From: Salpingoeca rosetta
Lineage: Eukaryota; Protista; Choanoflagellata
Assembly: GCA_033442325.1 (NCBI GenBank)
Contig: JAWQFM010000002.1
Span: forward strand, 502,442 to 566,441
DNA: 64,000 nt
Reading direction: 5' to 3'
Under the pieces are notes generated by a model. That model worked only from the letters and a program-made list of their open reading frames with translations, made no database searches and had not been told where the DNA came from. Both the position numbers and the translations under genes were made by a program. Positions 24,001-36,321 of this stretch are shown in pieces (the stretch's first letter is position 1; each line of letters begins with the position of its first letter).

Positions 24001-27000
24001 TGACCCACCATGAGCTGCTGCTCGCCAGTGTGCAACACGCCTGTGCGGTCGCCCTCGAAGCGGTCCACGTGCAGGCCGTACGGCTGCTTCATCTCCGGCA
24101 TCATGGCGAGCTCGCCCTTGTTGAGGATGCGCACAATCTCAAAGTCGTACTTTGCAGCCGTGAGCGCAGGGAGCCACGTGCGCCCGCTGTCGCTGGAGAT
24201 GTCGTCAAAGTCTGGCACCATGTCCAGACCGCCCTGGTCGCGGTTACCAGCGTCAACAATCAGCGTGCGGTTGACAACACCAAAGCTGGCGTCGTTCAGG
24301 TACACTGTGCCTGCGCCGCCATTGCGAGTTGCGGCATCTGATGTGCCACCGTACGCCTCAAACTTGCCCTGGAAGAGGTGGATGCGCTTGTAGTGGACGG
24401 CAATGCGACCGCCAGCACCAGCACCATACGCGCCACCGCTGCCACCGTGCACTTGAATGTGCCCAAAACCCTCAAAGTAGTTGACGTCCACGATGACGCT
24501 GCCGCCGGAGGCGAGGGAGCCGCCCGCGTTGGAGGAGATGGTGCCCTCCAACCACAGGCGATCCGACACGACAAACTCCAGAAGACCACCACCGCGGCTC
24601 GAGCTGCCGCTGCTGCCAAACGACCTCGGGTGGGTGAGGTTGCCGTACACGGGAGCTGTGGACGTGGCGCCCGTGGCACCGGAGAGGCCGCCGCGGCCGC
24701 CATGGGCAGCACCGCAGTTGGAGCAAGTCGGGGTGCCCGGTCCATTGTCTGCTGCGTTGAAGCCGCGGCCGTTGGCGCTGATGCTGCCTTCGTCATCCAC
24801 CTGCACTTGAACAGCGTTGACAATGAGGTTGTGTGCGAGAACCTGGCCGCCGCCTTCCACGTGCAGCCTGCCGTAGCGCTCGCCCTCGTTCTGCGCGTCC
24901 TCCACCACTGTGAGGGTGTACACGTCTGCCTCGTCTGCGACGGCGCTCAAGAAATCAACGGTGCCCGTGTCCTGCACCGTCATGCCGACGCAGGTGAGGT
25001 CGCGAACAGAGGTAAGCTGCCACTGCCACGTTGCGCCGTGCGAGACGAGCAGGTGGGCACGGTGCATGTTGGTGAACCCCCACGTGCGAATCGTGCAGGG
25101 GATGGACAGGCTGGGGTAGGCCGGTGAGTTCTGGCAGCGCCACTCCACCGTGCGCTGGGGCAAAATCAGGTCCGCGTGTTCGTAGACCTGGGGCATGAAG
25201 GAGATGTTGTAGCGCTTCCACGGCTCGACGGAGGTGATGTCCAGCGTCTGGTTGGGCAGGATGTGCAGGTAGCCCGTGCGGTCGCCAACCACCTCCGTGG
25301 CGGTGATGCGCGCGTGCGAGTTGTCGTCTGTTGGGTGCTGGAACACGAGATGAGCCGCACCATACACCTCCACGTACTCAAACTCAAAGTTGAATGTCTC
25401 CGTCTCTGGGAGCAGGAACGCCGCAGCGCCTGCCTGCCGCACAGATGCGTGGTCTGCATCCGTCTGCATGCGCGACGAGCGACCGCGGTTGTCGGCGCGG
25501 AGGTTGCGGAAGTTGTTGGGCCCAACCAGGTACGCCAGGCCCGAACCGCCGTTTTCCCAGCCCGTGCCACCCTGGACGTCTGTCTGGTCGCTGTACCACT
25601 TGCCGCTGGCATAGTGGGCGATGATGAAGCCACCGCTGCCACCACCGCCGTTGCCGGCGCCGTTGCCACCGATGACTTGCATGCGACCCGAACCCGTGAG
25701 CGAGGTGGTGAGGAGGTAGATGTTGCCGCCCGCACCGCCGCCACCGCTGCCACCAGCGCTGTCTGCGTTGGCGCGAACAGTACCGGTGATGTGCGTGCCC
25801 GAGGGCCCGTACACGTGCGCCTGAATGTAGCCGCCACCGCGCGCACCGCTGCCTGACAGACCACCGCCAGAGCCCCAGACGGATGGCATCTGGTTCTCCA
25901 CGGGCGGGGTGCTGGCGGCGTATCGGTAGTAGATGGTGCCCACGGGAGCTGCTGCGGTCGTGTATGGGGTGCGGCCACCGCGGCCGGCGTTGCTACCGCC
26001 AGTTCCGGCACCGCTCGCTGCAATGCCCGCAGCAGGGCCGTAGGTTGCAAAGTGACCCTGGCCGTCCACCGTTACCATGCCGGAAACGACAAACTCGCCA
26101 AGCCACAGGGAGAGGGAGCCTGCCTTGAGCACACCGGCGACGTTGAGGAGAGTGGAGTTGACATACGAGTGGCCGGTGCCGGACGCGCCATCGGACGTGA
26201 TGGACGGGTTGTCAAACGCCAGGTCCATCTCGCCCCCGCTCTCCACGACGATCCAATCCGCGGTCCACTCTGACGCGCGGCCGAGCGGCTCCAGTGCGTG
26301 GACGCGGCCGTTGTTGGCGATGCGACACGTGTTGATGTCGTACAGGCGACTCGGGAGAAACTCGAAGTAGCCAGACACGTACATGTGGGTCCACCACGGC
26401 TGGACGGGGTTGGCCACGGCCATCTTACCGGCGCGGTACGTGCCTTTGACGTAGAAGTCGTTGATGGCCATGGACGACTCGCCCGTGAAGGTTGCGCCGG
26501 CTTGGCGGGTGACCTGGTCCAGGTTCAAGGTGCTGCCGACGTCAACGGTGAGGCCGATCATGACCCCCGCGTTTTGGCTGCGCATGTTGACGTGGCGCCA
26601 CGCCTCGACGGTGCCGGTGATGTTCCATTGGTCAACACGGGCGAGGTGCTCAAACGCGTCAAAGGTGAGCTTGGACCTGCGATGCACGCCAGAGCTTGAG
26701 CCCGACGTCCACGGCAGCGGGAGCAGCTCCACCAGGTTGGCGCGAAGCTCAAACAGGCCCGCGTTGAAGGTACCGTCCTTGATGCGGATGTACACATTGT
26801 CGACGGTCGTGCCAATGCGGGACGGCTCATACGCGTACCACGCGCGCGGCGACGCGGCGTGGCCGTCCTCGTCCAAAGTAAGGGTGCCAGTCACCTCCAG
26901 GAACTCTGTGGCGTTGAGGTTGATGGGCCGACGCGCCTTCATGAGGCCGCTGACCATCAGGTTGCTGTACATGTGTTTCTGCCCAGGGAACGCTGGGTCC

Positions 27001-30000
27001 AGCGTGTACGTGCCGGAGATGGTTGCGGCGGGCACTGTCTCGTACACGATGGAGACCTGACCAGCGGAGAAGGTACCGGCCACGGTGAGCGTTTCAACGC
27101 AGTAGGATGAGCCCTCTGCGTCCGACCAGTCGTGACTTGGTGTGTCGTGCCCAAGGTCATCGAAGATGAGAAAGCTGTTGGGATGAATGGTGATGCTTTG
27201 GACGCGGCCCATGTCATGCTGGCTGCGCAAGTTGACGGTGCGCAACACCTCCACCCGCCCGTCAATGTTCACCACGTCCGCGCGCCAGTACTTGTTGGCT
27301 GCGTCAAACGTGACGTAGCCGCCGTCAACCTTGAACAGCTGCGAGCGGAAGCGCATGTACCCGGCCTTGAGCGTGCCGCTGACGATGATCTGCACGTTGT
27401 CCAGGACGTGGCCAATGCGAGACGGGGTGTACGCGTCCCAGGCGCCCGGCGAGAGCGCGTGGCCGTCGAGGTCAATGGTCATGTCTCCAGAGACGCTCAG
27501 CTGCGCCGTGGTGTTGAAGCAGGCCGGGCGACGCACGCGCACGGTGCCGTCGACGTTAATCACGGCAAACAGCGCGTCCGCACCGGGATAGGGGGGATCG
27601 AACGTGAACAGGCCGGCGGCGTACCGGAGAGGGTTGACGCTCGTCTGCGTCTTGCCAACGGTGAGCGTGTCCGTGCCTGGAAGCAGCGTCTCCAGGCGGC
27701 CGGCGTTTAGCGTGCCGTGCACGGTGATGGCGTCAAAGTGCAACAGGGAGGAGGAGACCCCCGTCCATGCGTGATCCTGCGTGGCATGGCCGAGATCATC
27801 CAGGGTCATGGTACCACCATAGTGCACACTGAGGTACGTGGCACGGGTGCTGCGATCTTGGTTGCGGATGCGGACCTGGCGGCGCACCGTCACCGTCCCG
27901 TACACGTCCATTTCGTCCACGTATGCCTTGAAGTCGTGCGCGTCAAAGGTGAGGGTACCACGAACGGTGAGCTTTGCTGCGCGCAGCGAGAGGTACCCGG
28001 CATTGACGGTGGCGCCGTTGGCAATGGTGATGCTGATGCCCTCGACGGAGCGGCCGATGACAGACTCGTCGTACTGGTCCCACGTGCCCGGGTTGTTGTG
28101 CCCGTCAGCGTCCAGCTTGAGGGTGCCGGTCACGTCGAGGGACGTGAGCGTCTGCAGGTCCACGGAGCGACGCACGGTCAGCGTGCCGGAGACGGTGACG
28201 GAGGCGAACAAGGCCACGGCGCCCGGCTGCGGTGGATCGAAGTCCATGCTGCCGGAGACAACGAGGGTGGACGCGCCAGGCATGATTGTCTCCAGCCTGC
28301 CCGCTTGCAGGACACCGCCAATTTCAATGGACTCCGCATGCAGGAGCGAAGATGCGGTGCCGCTCCAATCGTGGTTGGGCGTGTTGTAGCCCAAGACATC
28401 GAGGATGGCCTGACCGCCCGAGAAGACCTTGAACGACGTCATGCGCGTGACGCGGTCCACGTTGCGGAAACGCGCCTGGCGAAGCACGTTCAGGTGGCCC
28501 CTAACCACAACACTGTTGACAAACGCATCGTGGGCATACGCGGCATCCATGGTCACAAGACCGGAGGACGTGATGCTCAGCGAGTCAGCGCGGAGCACAA
28601 CGTACCCCGCCTTGAATGTGCCCGAGACTGTGATCGCGAGGTCGTTCACAAGCGCGCCAAGCGCCGATGGAGGGTTGGCCTGCCAGGCGGGGGCAGTGCC
28701 CGCAGTGTGGCTGTCGTCGTCAAGCACCAACGTGCCGCTTACCGTCAGCGTGTCTGTGGTGGTGAGGTTGACTGGGCGACGCGCCTTCAGGCTGCCAGAC
28801 ACGTCCATGCTGGCAAACTTGGTGATGGCGCCGGGCTGTGGCGGGTCAAAGGTCATGCTTCCAGTGACGGTGAGCGTGTCTGTGCCGCTGCCGACGGTTT
28901 CGAGTCGACCCGCAGCGAAACTGCCCTGCACGGTGATGGTGGCCGCGTGCACCAGGGAGGTTGCAGCACCGCTCCACACGTGGCCCGCGGTGCCGTGGCC
29001 GAGCACATCAAACGTGACGTCGCCGGAAGGGGTGACGAGGAACGATGCCATGCGGCTGGTGCCATCCCTGGCATGCAAGCGCACCTGTGTCCGCGCGTCC
29101 AGCGAGCCGCGCACAGTCACCGTGGTGATGTGAGCCTCGTTCGAGACGGCCTCCATGGTCATGGCACCGCTCTGCTCAACGGTGAGCTCGTTCCCCGCCA
29201 GCGCAACCAAGCCGGCCCGCAGCGTGCCCGAGACGGAGAGCGTGTTTACGTCGAGGAAGGAGCCTGTGGGAGAGGACCAGGTGCCGCTGGTGTGGCCGCT
29301 GTCATCCAAAGTGAGGACGCCACCCGCAGCAACGGTGACGGCTGTCAAGGGTGACAAGCTGTCCTTTGCGCGCAGGTCCACCTGGTTGTCGATGGTGAGT
29401 GTCCCGCTCACCGTGATCTGGTCCACTTCCACCCTTGCGGCCTTGGCCAGCACCGTCATCGTGCCAGACACGGAGATGGACGTGCCCACAAACTCGAGGC
29501 GACCGGCGTTGAAGGTACCGGAGACGGAGAGCGCGCCAATGTACAGGGACGAGCCCGCCTGGGCGCCCGCAACAGTGTTGTCGTGGGACACCTTGTCAAG
29601 CACAAACAGGCCATTGTTGCCCACAGTGACGGTCGTCAGGTATGACCTGCCATCGTATGCACGTATGTCTGCCTGGTTGTCCACAAGGAGCTTGCCGTTG
29701 ACGGTGATCTTGGTTGCAGCAATGGCAGCGCCCTTTGCTTCCATCGTCAGGGACGCGCCGCCGCCGCCAATGAACAGCTCTGCGGTGGACAGGCCGAGCA
29801 AGCCCGCGTCGAAGATGCCGTACACCGTCAGCTTGGCCGTGGGCATGAGCGAGCCGGGGGTACCTGTCCAGTTGCCGCTCGCCGCACGCGTGGCCTCGTC
29901 AAAGAGCAGCTTGCCCGTGCCTGCGATGGTGACGTCCGTCAGGTCTGACGAGCCGTCCTTGGCGTTGAGCTGGACCTGGTTCAGGACGGTGAGGGTGCCG

Positions 30001-33000
30001 GCAACGGAGAGCGAGTCCGTCAACAGGCGAATGTCCTTGGCCTCCATATGCATGGTGGCAGTCGGGTCCACGGAGACGCTGCCAGCCTCAAGCGCCATCA
30101 AGCCGGCGTTGAACGTGCCCGTGACACTCAGCGCTCCGCTGATGGGCAGCGAGGAGCCAGCTGTGGAAGACCACGACGTGCTGGATGCGGCATACACGGC
30201 CGCGTCCAGGGTCAGCGTGCCGCTAACGGAGACGGAGCTGAGGTCCGAGGAGCCGTCCTTCGCATTAAAGGCCGCCTGGTTGAGGATGGTGATGGTGCCG
30301 GCGACGGAGAGGGAGTTCACCAGCACGCGGTTGTCCTTTGCCTCCATGTGTAGCTGGCCGTTGCTGTTGACCTTGAGGGCACCGGCCGACACGGAGATAA
30401 GCCCAGCGTTGAAAACACCAACCACCTTCAGGTCGCCGCTCACGGGCAGCGAGGAACCCGTGGTGGAGGACCACGACGTGCTGGACGCATCGTACACGGC
30501 CTTGTCCAGCGTCAGCTTCGCGCCGGCGCTCACCGTGACGGAGGTGAGATCGGACGAGCCATCCTTGGCTGTGAAAGCAGCCTGGTTCAGGACGTACATG
30601 GCGCCATCCACCGCAAGTGAGTTGGCGCGCATCTGCATGTTCTTCGCCTCCATGTGCAGAGTGGCGCCCGCATGGACGGTCACAGGCCCCGCAGAAATGG
30701 CAATCAGGCCCGCGTTGAACTCGCCCCGCACTGTCAGCTCACCGCTCACGGGCAGCGAGGAACCCGTGGTGGAGGACCACGACGTGCTGGACGCATCGTA
30801 CACGGCCTTGTCCAGCGTCAGCTTCGCGCTGTCACCAACCGTGACGGAGGTGAGGTCGGACGAGCCATCCTTGGCTGTGAAAGCAGCCTGGTTCAGGACG
30901 TACATGGCACCGTTCACGACGAGCGAGCCAGTACGCACCTGGCTGCCCTTTGCCTCCATGTGCAGGGTGGCGCCCGCGCTGACGGTGAGCAGGTCTGTCG
31001 AAATGTCGATCAGGCCCGCCTTGAAGTCGCCAGAGACCGCGAGTGCGCCGCTGACGGCAAGCAGGGAGCCGGTCGAGGAAGACCACGTCGTGCTGCCCGC
31101 GTCGTAGACGGCCTTGTCCAGGATGAACATGGCGTTGGCGCCCACGGTGACGGAGGACATGTCGGACGTGCCGTCGCTGGCTCGCATGGCAGCCTGGTTG
31201 CTGACGAACAAGTTGCCGAGCACAGAGAGCTGCGAGGCGAGGAGCTGGTTGTCCTTTGCCGTCATGGACAGCGTGGCGCCCGCCGCCACGGAGAGCGAGT
31301 CGGTCACCAGAGCAAGCAGGCGAGCAGTCAGTGTGCCCGTGACGGTGACGGCGGCCGCATGCACAGACGAACCGTCTGCGTTGCCTTCGTCGTCGTCGTC
31401 GAGCGAGAGCGTTGCACCGCTGCTCACCATGAGCTGTGTCAGTGGGCCAGTGCCCGTCTGGGCGCGCATGCTCACGCGGTTCTCCACCGTCAGCTGCCCG
31501 TTGACAGTCAGCGTGTCGACGTGCAGCTGCTGCTGGTGCGCACGCATGGTGAGCACGGCGCCAGCGGCAACGGTGACGGAGGCGGCGCGAATTGCAATCT
31601 GGCCCGCGTTGAAGGTGCCGCTGACGGAGACGGTGGCGTCCTCAACGGTGGCGCCGATGCCAGAACTGGCCTGCGTGTTCCACGTCCCCGTGGTGTGGCC
31701 CACCTTGTCGAGGATGAGCGTGCCGGACACGTCGAGGGAGGTGAGGCCGCTGAAGCTGACAGGGTAGTTGATGTTGCAGGTGCCAGACACAGTCACGGCC
31801 TGCGCGGGCAGGGTGTCACCGGGCGTGGCAAGCTGGAGATCCATGGCGCCGCTGATGGTGAGCGCCTGCATGGAGGGCATGGTGAAGTGGATTATGCCGG
31901 GGAACATGGAGCACCCTGACGCGACCGTCCACGTGTTGACGGCAATGTCGGACGTGGAGGTGTAGCTGCCGGCGACGTAGCCGCGGTAGTCAAAGTACAC
32001 CACAGACGAGGACGCGACGCTCAGCAGCGAGGCCAGTGCAGAAGCAGGCCCCGTCCACTGCACCCTGCGGTAGAAGAGGGCCTGGGATGAAGAGGTGGCT
32101 TGGAACGTGTCAATCGATGTCCCGCCCGACACGTCGGCGTGGAGGGTGGACGCAGTGAGCTCCACGGCAGGGCTGACGAGCGTGGAGATGGCGCCAAAAC
32201 GCAGGGTGGACGAGGAGGTGGCCGTGATGGATGCCACGTCCACGGACCCCGATGCCGCTGCCCATGAAGGCACGCTCACCACGACGCTGAAGACGACGGA
32301 GGGGAACGCCGCGTCTGTGTAGTTGAATGTGCCTGGGGTGTCAAAGGTGTGGCGCAGGACGTTGCTTCGCGTCAGACCGGCGGAAAAACTGCCGTCTGCC
32401 GCGGCAATGCTGTGCTGTTCATTCTGCCACACCCATTGCACCGTGTCACCGGGGTGGATGTTGAGCTGCTGCCAGCCAGCGCCTGTGCTGAGCACGGCAC
32501 TGTGGGTCACGGTAGCGGTGTCCTGCGCTTCAAACAGCAGCTTGGACGACGTGGCACTCACGGCAGAGGCGGACAGGAGCACGGGGCCATCGAGCAGGAA
32601 GGACGACGACGACAGCTGCAGGTCGCCGGCGCCGGTGCAGCTCACAGACCAGGCCGAGGCCGGGTTACCGCGGCGCACGACGAATGACGCGTCGGTCAGT
32701 GTCAGTCCTTTGGTGCTGATGCCCGTTGTTGGCGAGGAGGCGGCCAGTGTGACAGCAGTGCCAGCGCCCGTGAAGCTGAGCGCTGGCGACTGCGGCGTTT
32801 CCAAGGCACCGTCAATGGCGAGCACGCCCACCACATCAGCGCTCTGGCTGGATGAGAGTGTGAGCGTTGCGCCTGTGGCAACGGCGCTGCGGGCATGGAT
32901 GTTTCCGGACACGGTCACGTGCTGCGTTTCCATGACGTGGAAGAAGCCAGAGGAGCCTGTGATATCGTCAAAGGCGACAGAGGCCGCTGCGCCCTGGAAC

Positions 33001-35401
33001 ACGACCACAGCACCGGAGCGGATGTTCAACGTGGACACCTCGCCATTCCACAGCGTCGGGTTGTACAGAAACGCAGTGTCTGCCAGTCATTATTATGATT
33101 GACGGATTGCCAGTGGTGGTGGTGGTGATTGCCAGTGGTGGTGAGGAAGACAACCGTGTAACCAAGCGTGGGGGCAAAGAAACAGAGGCAGAGCGGGATA
33201 CATGAAGCGTCTTCACATCATCGTCTTCACACTATTCTTCACACTATCCTTCCACGAACGTTCACATTCGCCCGCTCGCGCACACGCTCAAACGCAGAGA
33301 GCCACACCTTCGTAGGAGCTGAGCCAGGCAGTGTAGTCTGTGCTGGGCGTGAAGTCCGTTGGCCGGAAGCGATGGCCAGCATCGACGGCCAGGACTTGCT
33401 GCTGCTTCAAATGGATGATTCCCGCACCACCGCTGCGAGAGCGTTGTGTTGCTGTACATGCGCACGTACGAGTGATGAAGGGATGGAGGTGGGTAGGAGT
33501 GAGCAGACGGGCACGTACAATCCAACGGGTGTAAAACAAGCAAGCAGAGGGGAGGTAAGTCAACGCAAACACAGCCAAGGCAAGTGGCATCAAGGAAGGT
33601 GACAGTGGAGTCAAGGAAGGTGGCATCGAGACAAGTGTAACAGTCCATGCAGTCCGTGTGTTGAAACGTCAAGTTGCCGCACACGCTCACACCTACTCAA
33701 AAGCCGCAGCACCTATCACTCACTCACTCACACGCGCGCACGCGCACACACACACACACGCACGCACGTGCATGGAAATGCTTACGCTCTGTGACGGTGA
33801 TGGTGAAGCTGCAGTACGTGGCAGAAACTGCATCAACAAAGTAGACCACATTGGAGCCGATATGAAACTTGGAGTTGGGAGCAATGGAGGACTGCACGCC
33901 GACGGGAACGGAAAAGTCCACAACCGCATCCAAGCGATCTACGTCCGCTTCGACCGTCATGTCGCTCGGGCAGGAGGCAAGGCCTTGAGTCAGCTGCGTC
34001 GCCACCACCATGACCGTCATGGTGCACGTGTCAACATCGAGCGACCCGTCCTTAGCGTTGAAGGTGACGGTGTGCGTGCCAGAGGAGAACGTGGCTGGAG
34101 AGGATGTCTGTGCTTGCACCTTTGTTTGCGGCCAGACCGCATCAGCTGTCTGGGCCACAGCGCCTGAGCTGTCTGTTGCCACGGGCGCCTCAAACGCAAT
34201 TGTAGCGCTTGGCGAACCATGATGCAGCTGGTTCTCTGGGCACCTGCCCACACAACACGCGGCGTGCGGCGACAAGGAAGCAAGGATGAGGTGAAACGAG
34301 AAATGAGCTCATTTTGAGGTGGTGATGAGGCATGGATAGGGAAACATGAACAGGAATACGAGTCGAGAGGCAAACATGCATGCTTGTGTGCATGCATGCA
34401 CCCGCAAGCACACAACGTGCACACCCATGCATGTACATGCACGAGTGCACGCAGACAAGCGCACCCGCCCGCACGCACAGACAAGCGCACACGCGTACGC
34501 AGACACGTGGGTACAAAGAGGGGGGGGGGGGAGGCGTACCCGTTGCGAAAAAGAGCTGTTGGGCGAACTGGAAGGTGCTTTGCAGACGAGGAAACCTCCG
34601 TCGGGTAGCCAAGGACATCCATGCGAAGGCCGACATTGTAGCCACCAAGCGGGTACACGCGGACACAGCGGGCGAACACGGGCTTGAAGCGGTTTACAAC
34701 ACGCGTGTCCGGGTCGGAGTCGCCCCGGAACGTGATGTCGACGCCGTCCTCCGCATAGGTGGTGAACTGCGAGCAGTCGGTCGAGTACTTGACCTGGAAC
34801 TGCCGCGTCACGTAGTTGTTTTGCGTGTTGCCTGCAGTATGAAGCCAAGAAGGACAAACAAGGGCACGTGAGCTGGGCGTGCACAACGGTGTCCGCGCAG
34901 CTTGAGCTTGTGGATCTCACGGTGTGTGCAAGTGTTTGCATGTGTCAGAATACATGCACCAGGACAGTGTGTGCGCGTGTGTGCAAAGTGTGCGCGCACA
35001 AACCATGCAAAAGAGAGTGGCGGTCACTGTACGTACCTTGGGTGACGACGCCAGATACAAGGTACGTGCCCTGCAGGTTGACTTGCACATAGGGGTTGCT
35101 GTCGCCCGAGTTTGGCGTCCAACCACCGGCGTAACGGAAGCTGTCGATGACTTCGTACGTGGCGTCGAGGAAGGCGCGGGAAGCAGCGTAGTAGTAGCTC
35201 TGCAAGCGATTGTACTTGTCGTAGTAGTTGCTTGCCTTGCGCTGTGTTGAGGCGGTGTACGTGCCGATGTTATGTTCCTCGTTGAAGAGCTCATCCGGCG
35301 CTATTTGCAACACCACAACAGAAGCGTGCAATAAGTGAGGAAATTCAAGTGAGCTTGCACGTGAGATGTGGTCACGGGCAAGGCAAGAAGGCAATAGAGG
35401 A

Positions 35402-35459
<58 letters not shown>

Positions 35460-36321
35460 GCTTATTGTCGTTGTTGTGCGTGAACGTGTGGTGCACAGTG
35501 CACTAAAGCATCAGCGCCCTGCTCACATGATGACACAAAAAGACTTGAGACAAGTACGCAAGCTGGTTTTGTTGACAGGGAGACGCACCTCCAAGACCGC
35601 CAAAGGTCTGAATGAACGCCGTGTTGAATGAGACGGAGGCCGCATCCACGTACACTTCACCACCAGCACCGGCGCCACCCTTTGCAGAGGCAATGCCGCC
35701 GTTGGCCTGCACGGAGGCCGATGTACTTGAGCCTTGCAGGGTGTCGCAGGCGAGGCGGATGCTACCACCGGAGCCCGAACCTGCACCGTCGGTGGAGGCC
35801 TGCTGGCCGTTGGCTCGCACGTGGCCATCGAGGGTGAAGGTTCCCATGACCTGGAGATCCACCACGCCGCCGCCCAGGCCTGCGCCGAGGCCATTGGCGT
35901 CCTCGCCACCAGCAACACCGCCCTTGAGTTGGATGGTGTCCTGCGGAGCGATGGGTGCCTGGAGCGTGCTGGAGTGGCCGCCGCTGGACCAGAACGAGCC
36001 ACCGGGCGCCGCCTGCCCTTGTGAGGCGGAAGTCGCCGCGGTTGTGCAGAACCGTGGGAGCGGCTCTGCCTCAATGGTGGCGTACTCTGACAGGGTGAGG
36101 TCACCGTTGACGGTGGCTCGCGGGTACGTGCAGCCGTTGGGGCGCATGGTCACGACAACGTCGTCTGCGATCGTGACGCTGCGTGGGAAAGTGTGATCTG
36201 CGCTGATGTCGCAGGACGTGGCTATGCGATCCAGTTGGCCGTTGACTGTCTGAAGAGTGCAAGTGGACGCCGCGCTGGTGGCCGAGCACGAGCTGAGAAC
36301 AACGAGCAGGACCGCAACCAT
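1..36321 (-). CDS. Giant secreted Gly-rich repeat protein, >=~11,400 aa, 3' end outside window. Proposed exons: 36321-35589, 35300-35037, 34831-34540, 34243-33786, 33451-33308, 33079-16015, 15961-<1. An alternative in-frame start lies at 36585.
   Basis: ORFs 35503..36669, 34945..35496, 34017..34886, 33724..34275, 33288..33626, 22155..33038, 15565..22158 and 2210..15943 carry related motifs. The five 5' introns have GT-AG ends with matching phases (1,1,2,1,1). The frame from ~2207 down to 1 is open by manual translation (LGNGANIGLSGFGELAGPG...GSGGRIVIEVAK...). MVAVLLVVLSSCSATSAAS resembles a signal peptide. The motif GxGHGG..YG..P..GSGGG..GGGSGGSI..GGGSGGRIA..GAAGT occurs ~19 times. Confidence 0.85.
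1797..2653. repeat. Apparently exact 411-bp direct tandem duplication (1797-2207 and 2243-2653) separated by a 35-bp unique spacer (2208-2242)
   Basis: The copies read identically from gccgatgttggcgccg to ggtcaagcacagc. ORFs 1896.. and 2342.. have identical translations over the repeat. Spacer: cgtcagccctggggtaataggttcctccgtatgtc. Confidence 0.95.
7835..7960 (-). other. Fibronectin type II-like domain inserted in the giant protein
   Basis: CASSFVYDNEVHEQCVLDTDGRWCSTTNNYDTDNKRDDC fits C..PF.Y.....C......WCSTT.NYD.D....C. Confidence 0.8.
12205..12450 (-). other. SUEL/galactose-rhamnose-binding lectin-like domain inserted in the giant protein
   Basis: LECRYGIHVITATYGANCG...HVRELCDQSWFCAYEVSPVAVGDPNPACRKDFDLQYKC has the A-x-YG and GDP..C..K..Y.C signature. 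Confidence 0.8.
15962..16014 (-). other. Probable 53-nt spliceosomal intron joining ORF 15565..22158 to ORF 2210..15943
   Basis: The minus strand reads GAG|GTGCGC...GGCCTCACCGACTATGATCCACAG|GAA. Splicing gives GGYQSRE-EGRGQGVAHQRGASGGGHGG, which fits the other modules and restores the frame. Confidence 0.7.
26100..31900 (-). repeat. Coding tandem array of ~20 ~100-aa Ser/Thr/Val-rich repeats (period ~300-306 bp)
   Basis: Recurring V-x-G-x-F/L-x-AG-x-L/I motif. Near-identical nucleotide copies at ~30436-30603 and ~30742-30909 (offset 306). Confidence 0.85.
32275..32520 (-). other. Plastocyanin/cupredoxin-like fold within the giant protein
   Basis: LNIHPGDTVQWVWQNEQHSIAAADGSFSAG...HTFDTPGTFNY resembles plastocyanin-type domains; the C-terminal C-x2-H-x2-4-M ligands are absent. 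Confidence 0.6.
33786..34243 (-). other. Two HYR-like domains (exon 4 of the giant gene)
   Basis: CPEN...IAFEAPVATDSSG...FSSGTHTVTFNAKDGSLDVDTCTMTVMV and CPSDMTVEAD...FHIGSNVVYF...CSFTITVTE are typical HYR patterns. Confidence 0.8.
34596..35300 (-). other. F5/8 type C (discoidin/FA58C) domain of the giant protein, split over exons 2-3
   Basis: GGWTPNSGDSNPYVQVNLQGTYLVSGVVTQG|N...YVTRQFQVKYSTDC...FRGDSDPDTRVVNRFKPVFARCVRVYP...LRMDVLGY fits the FA58C consensus. Confidence 0.9.

Noticed and set aside
100-33100. Many long plus-strand ORFs (e.g. 20185..22248, 29155..31107, 27717..29354, 17209..18666)
   Set aside because: Antisense shadows of a GC3-rich CDS; they have no motifs of their own
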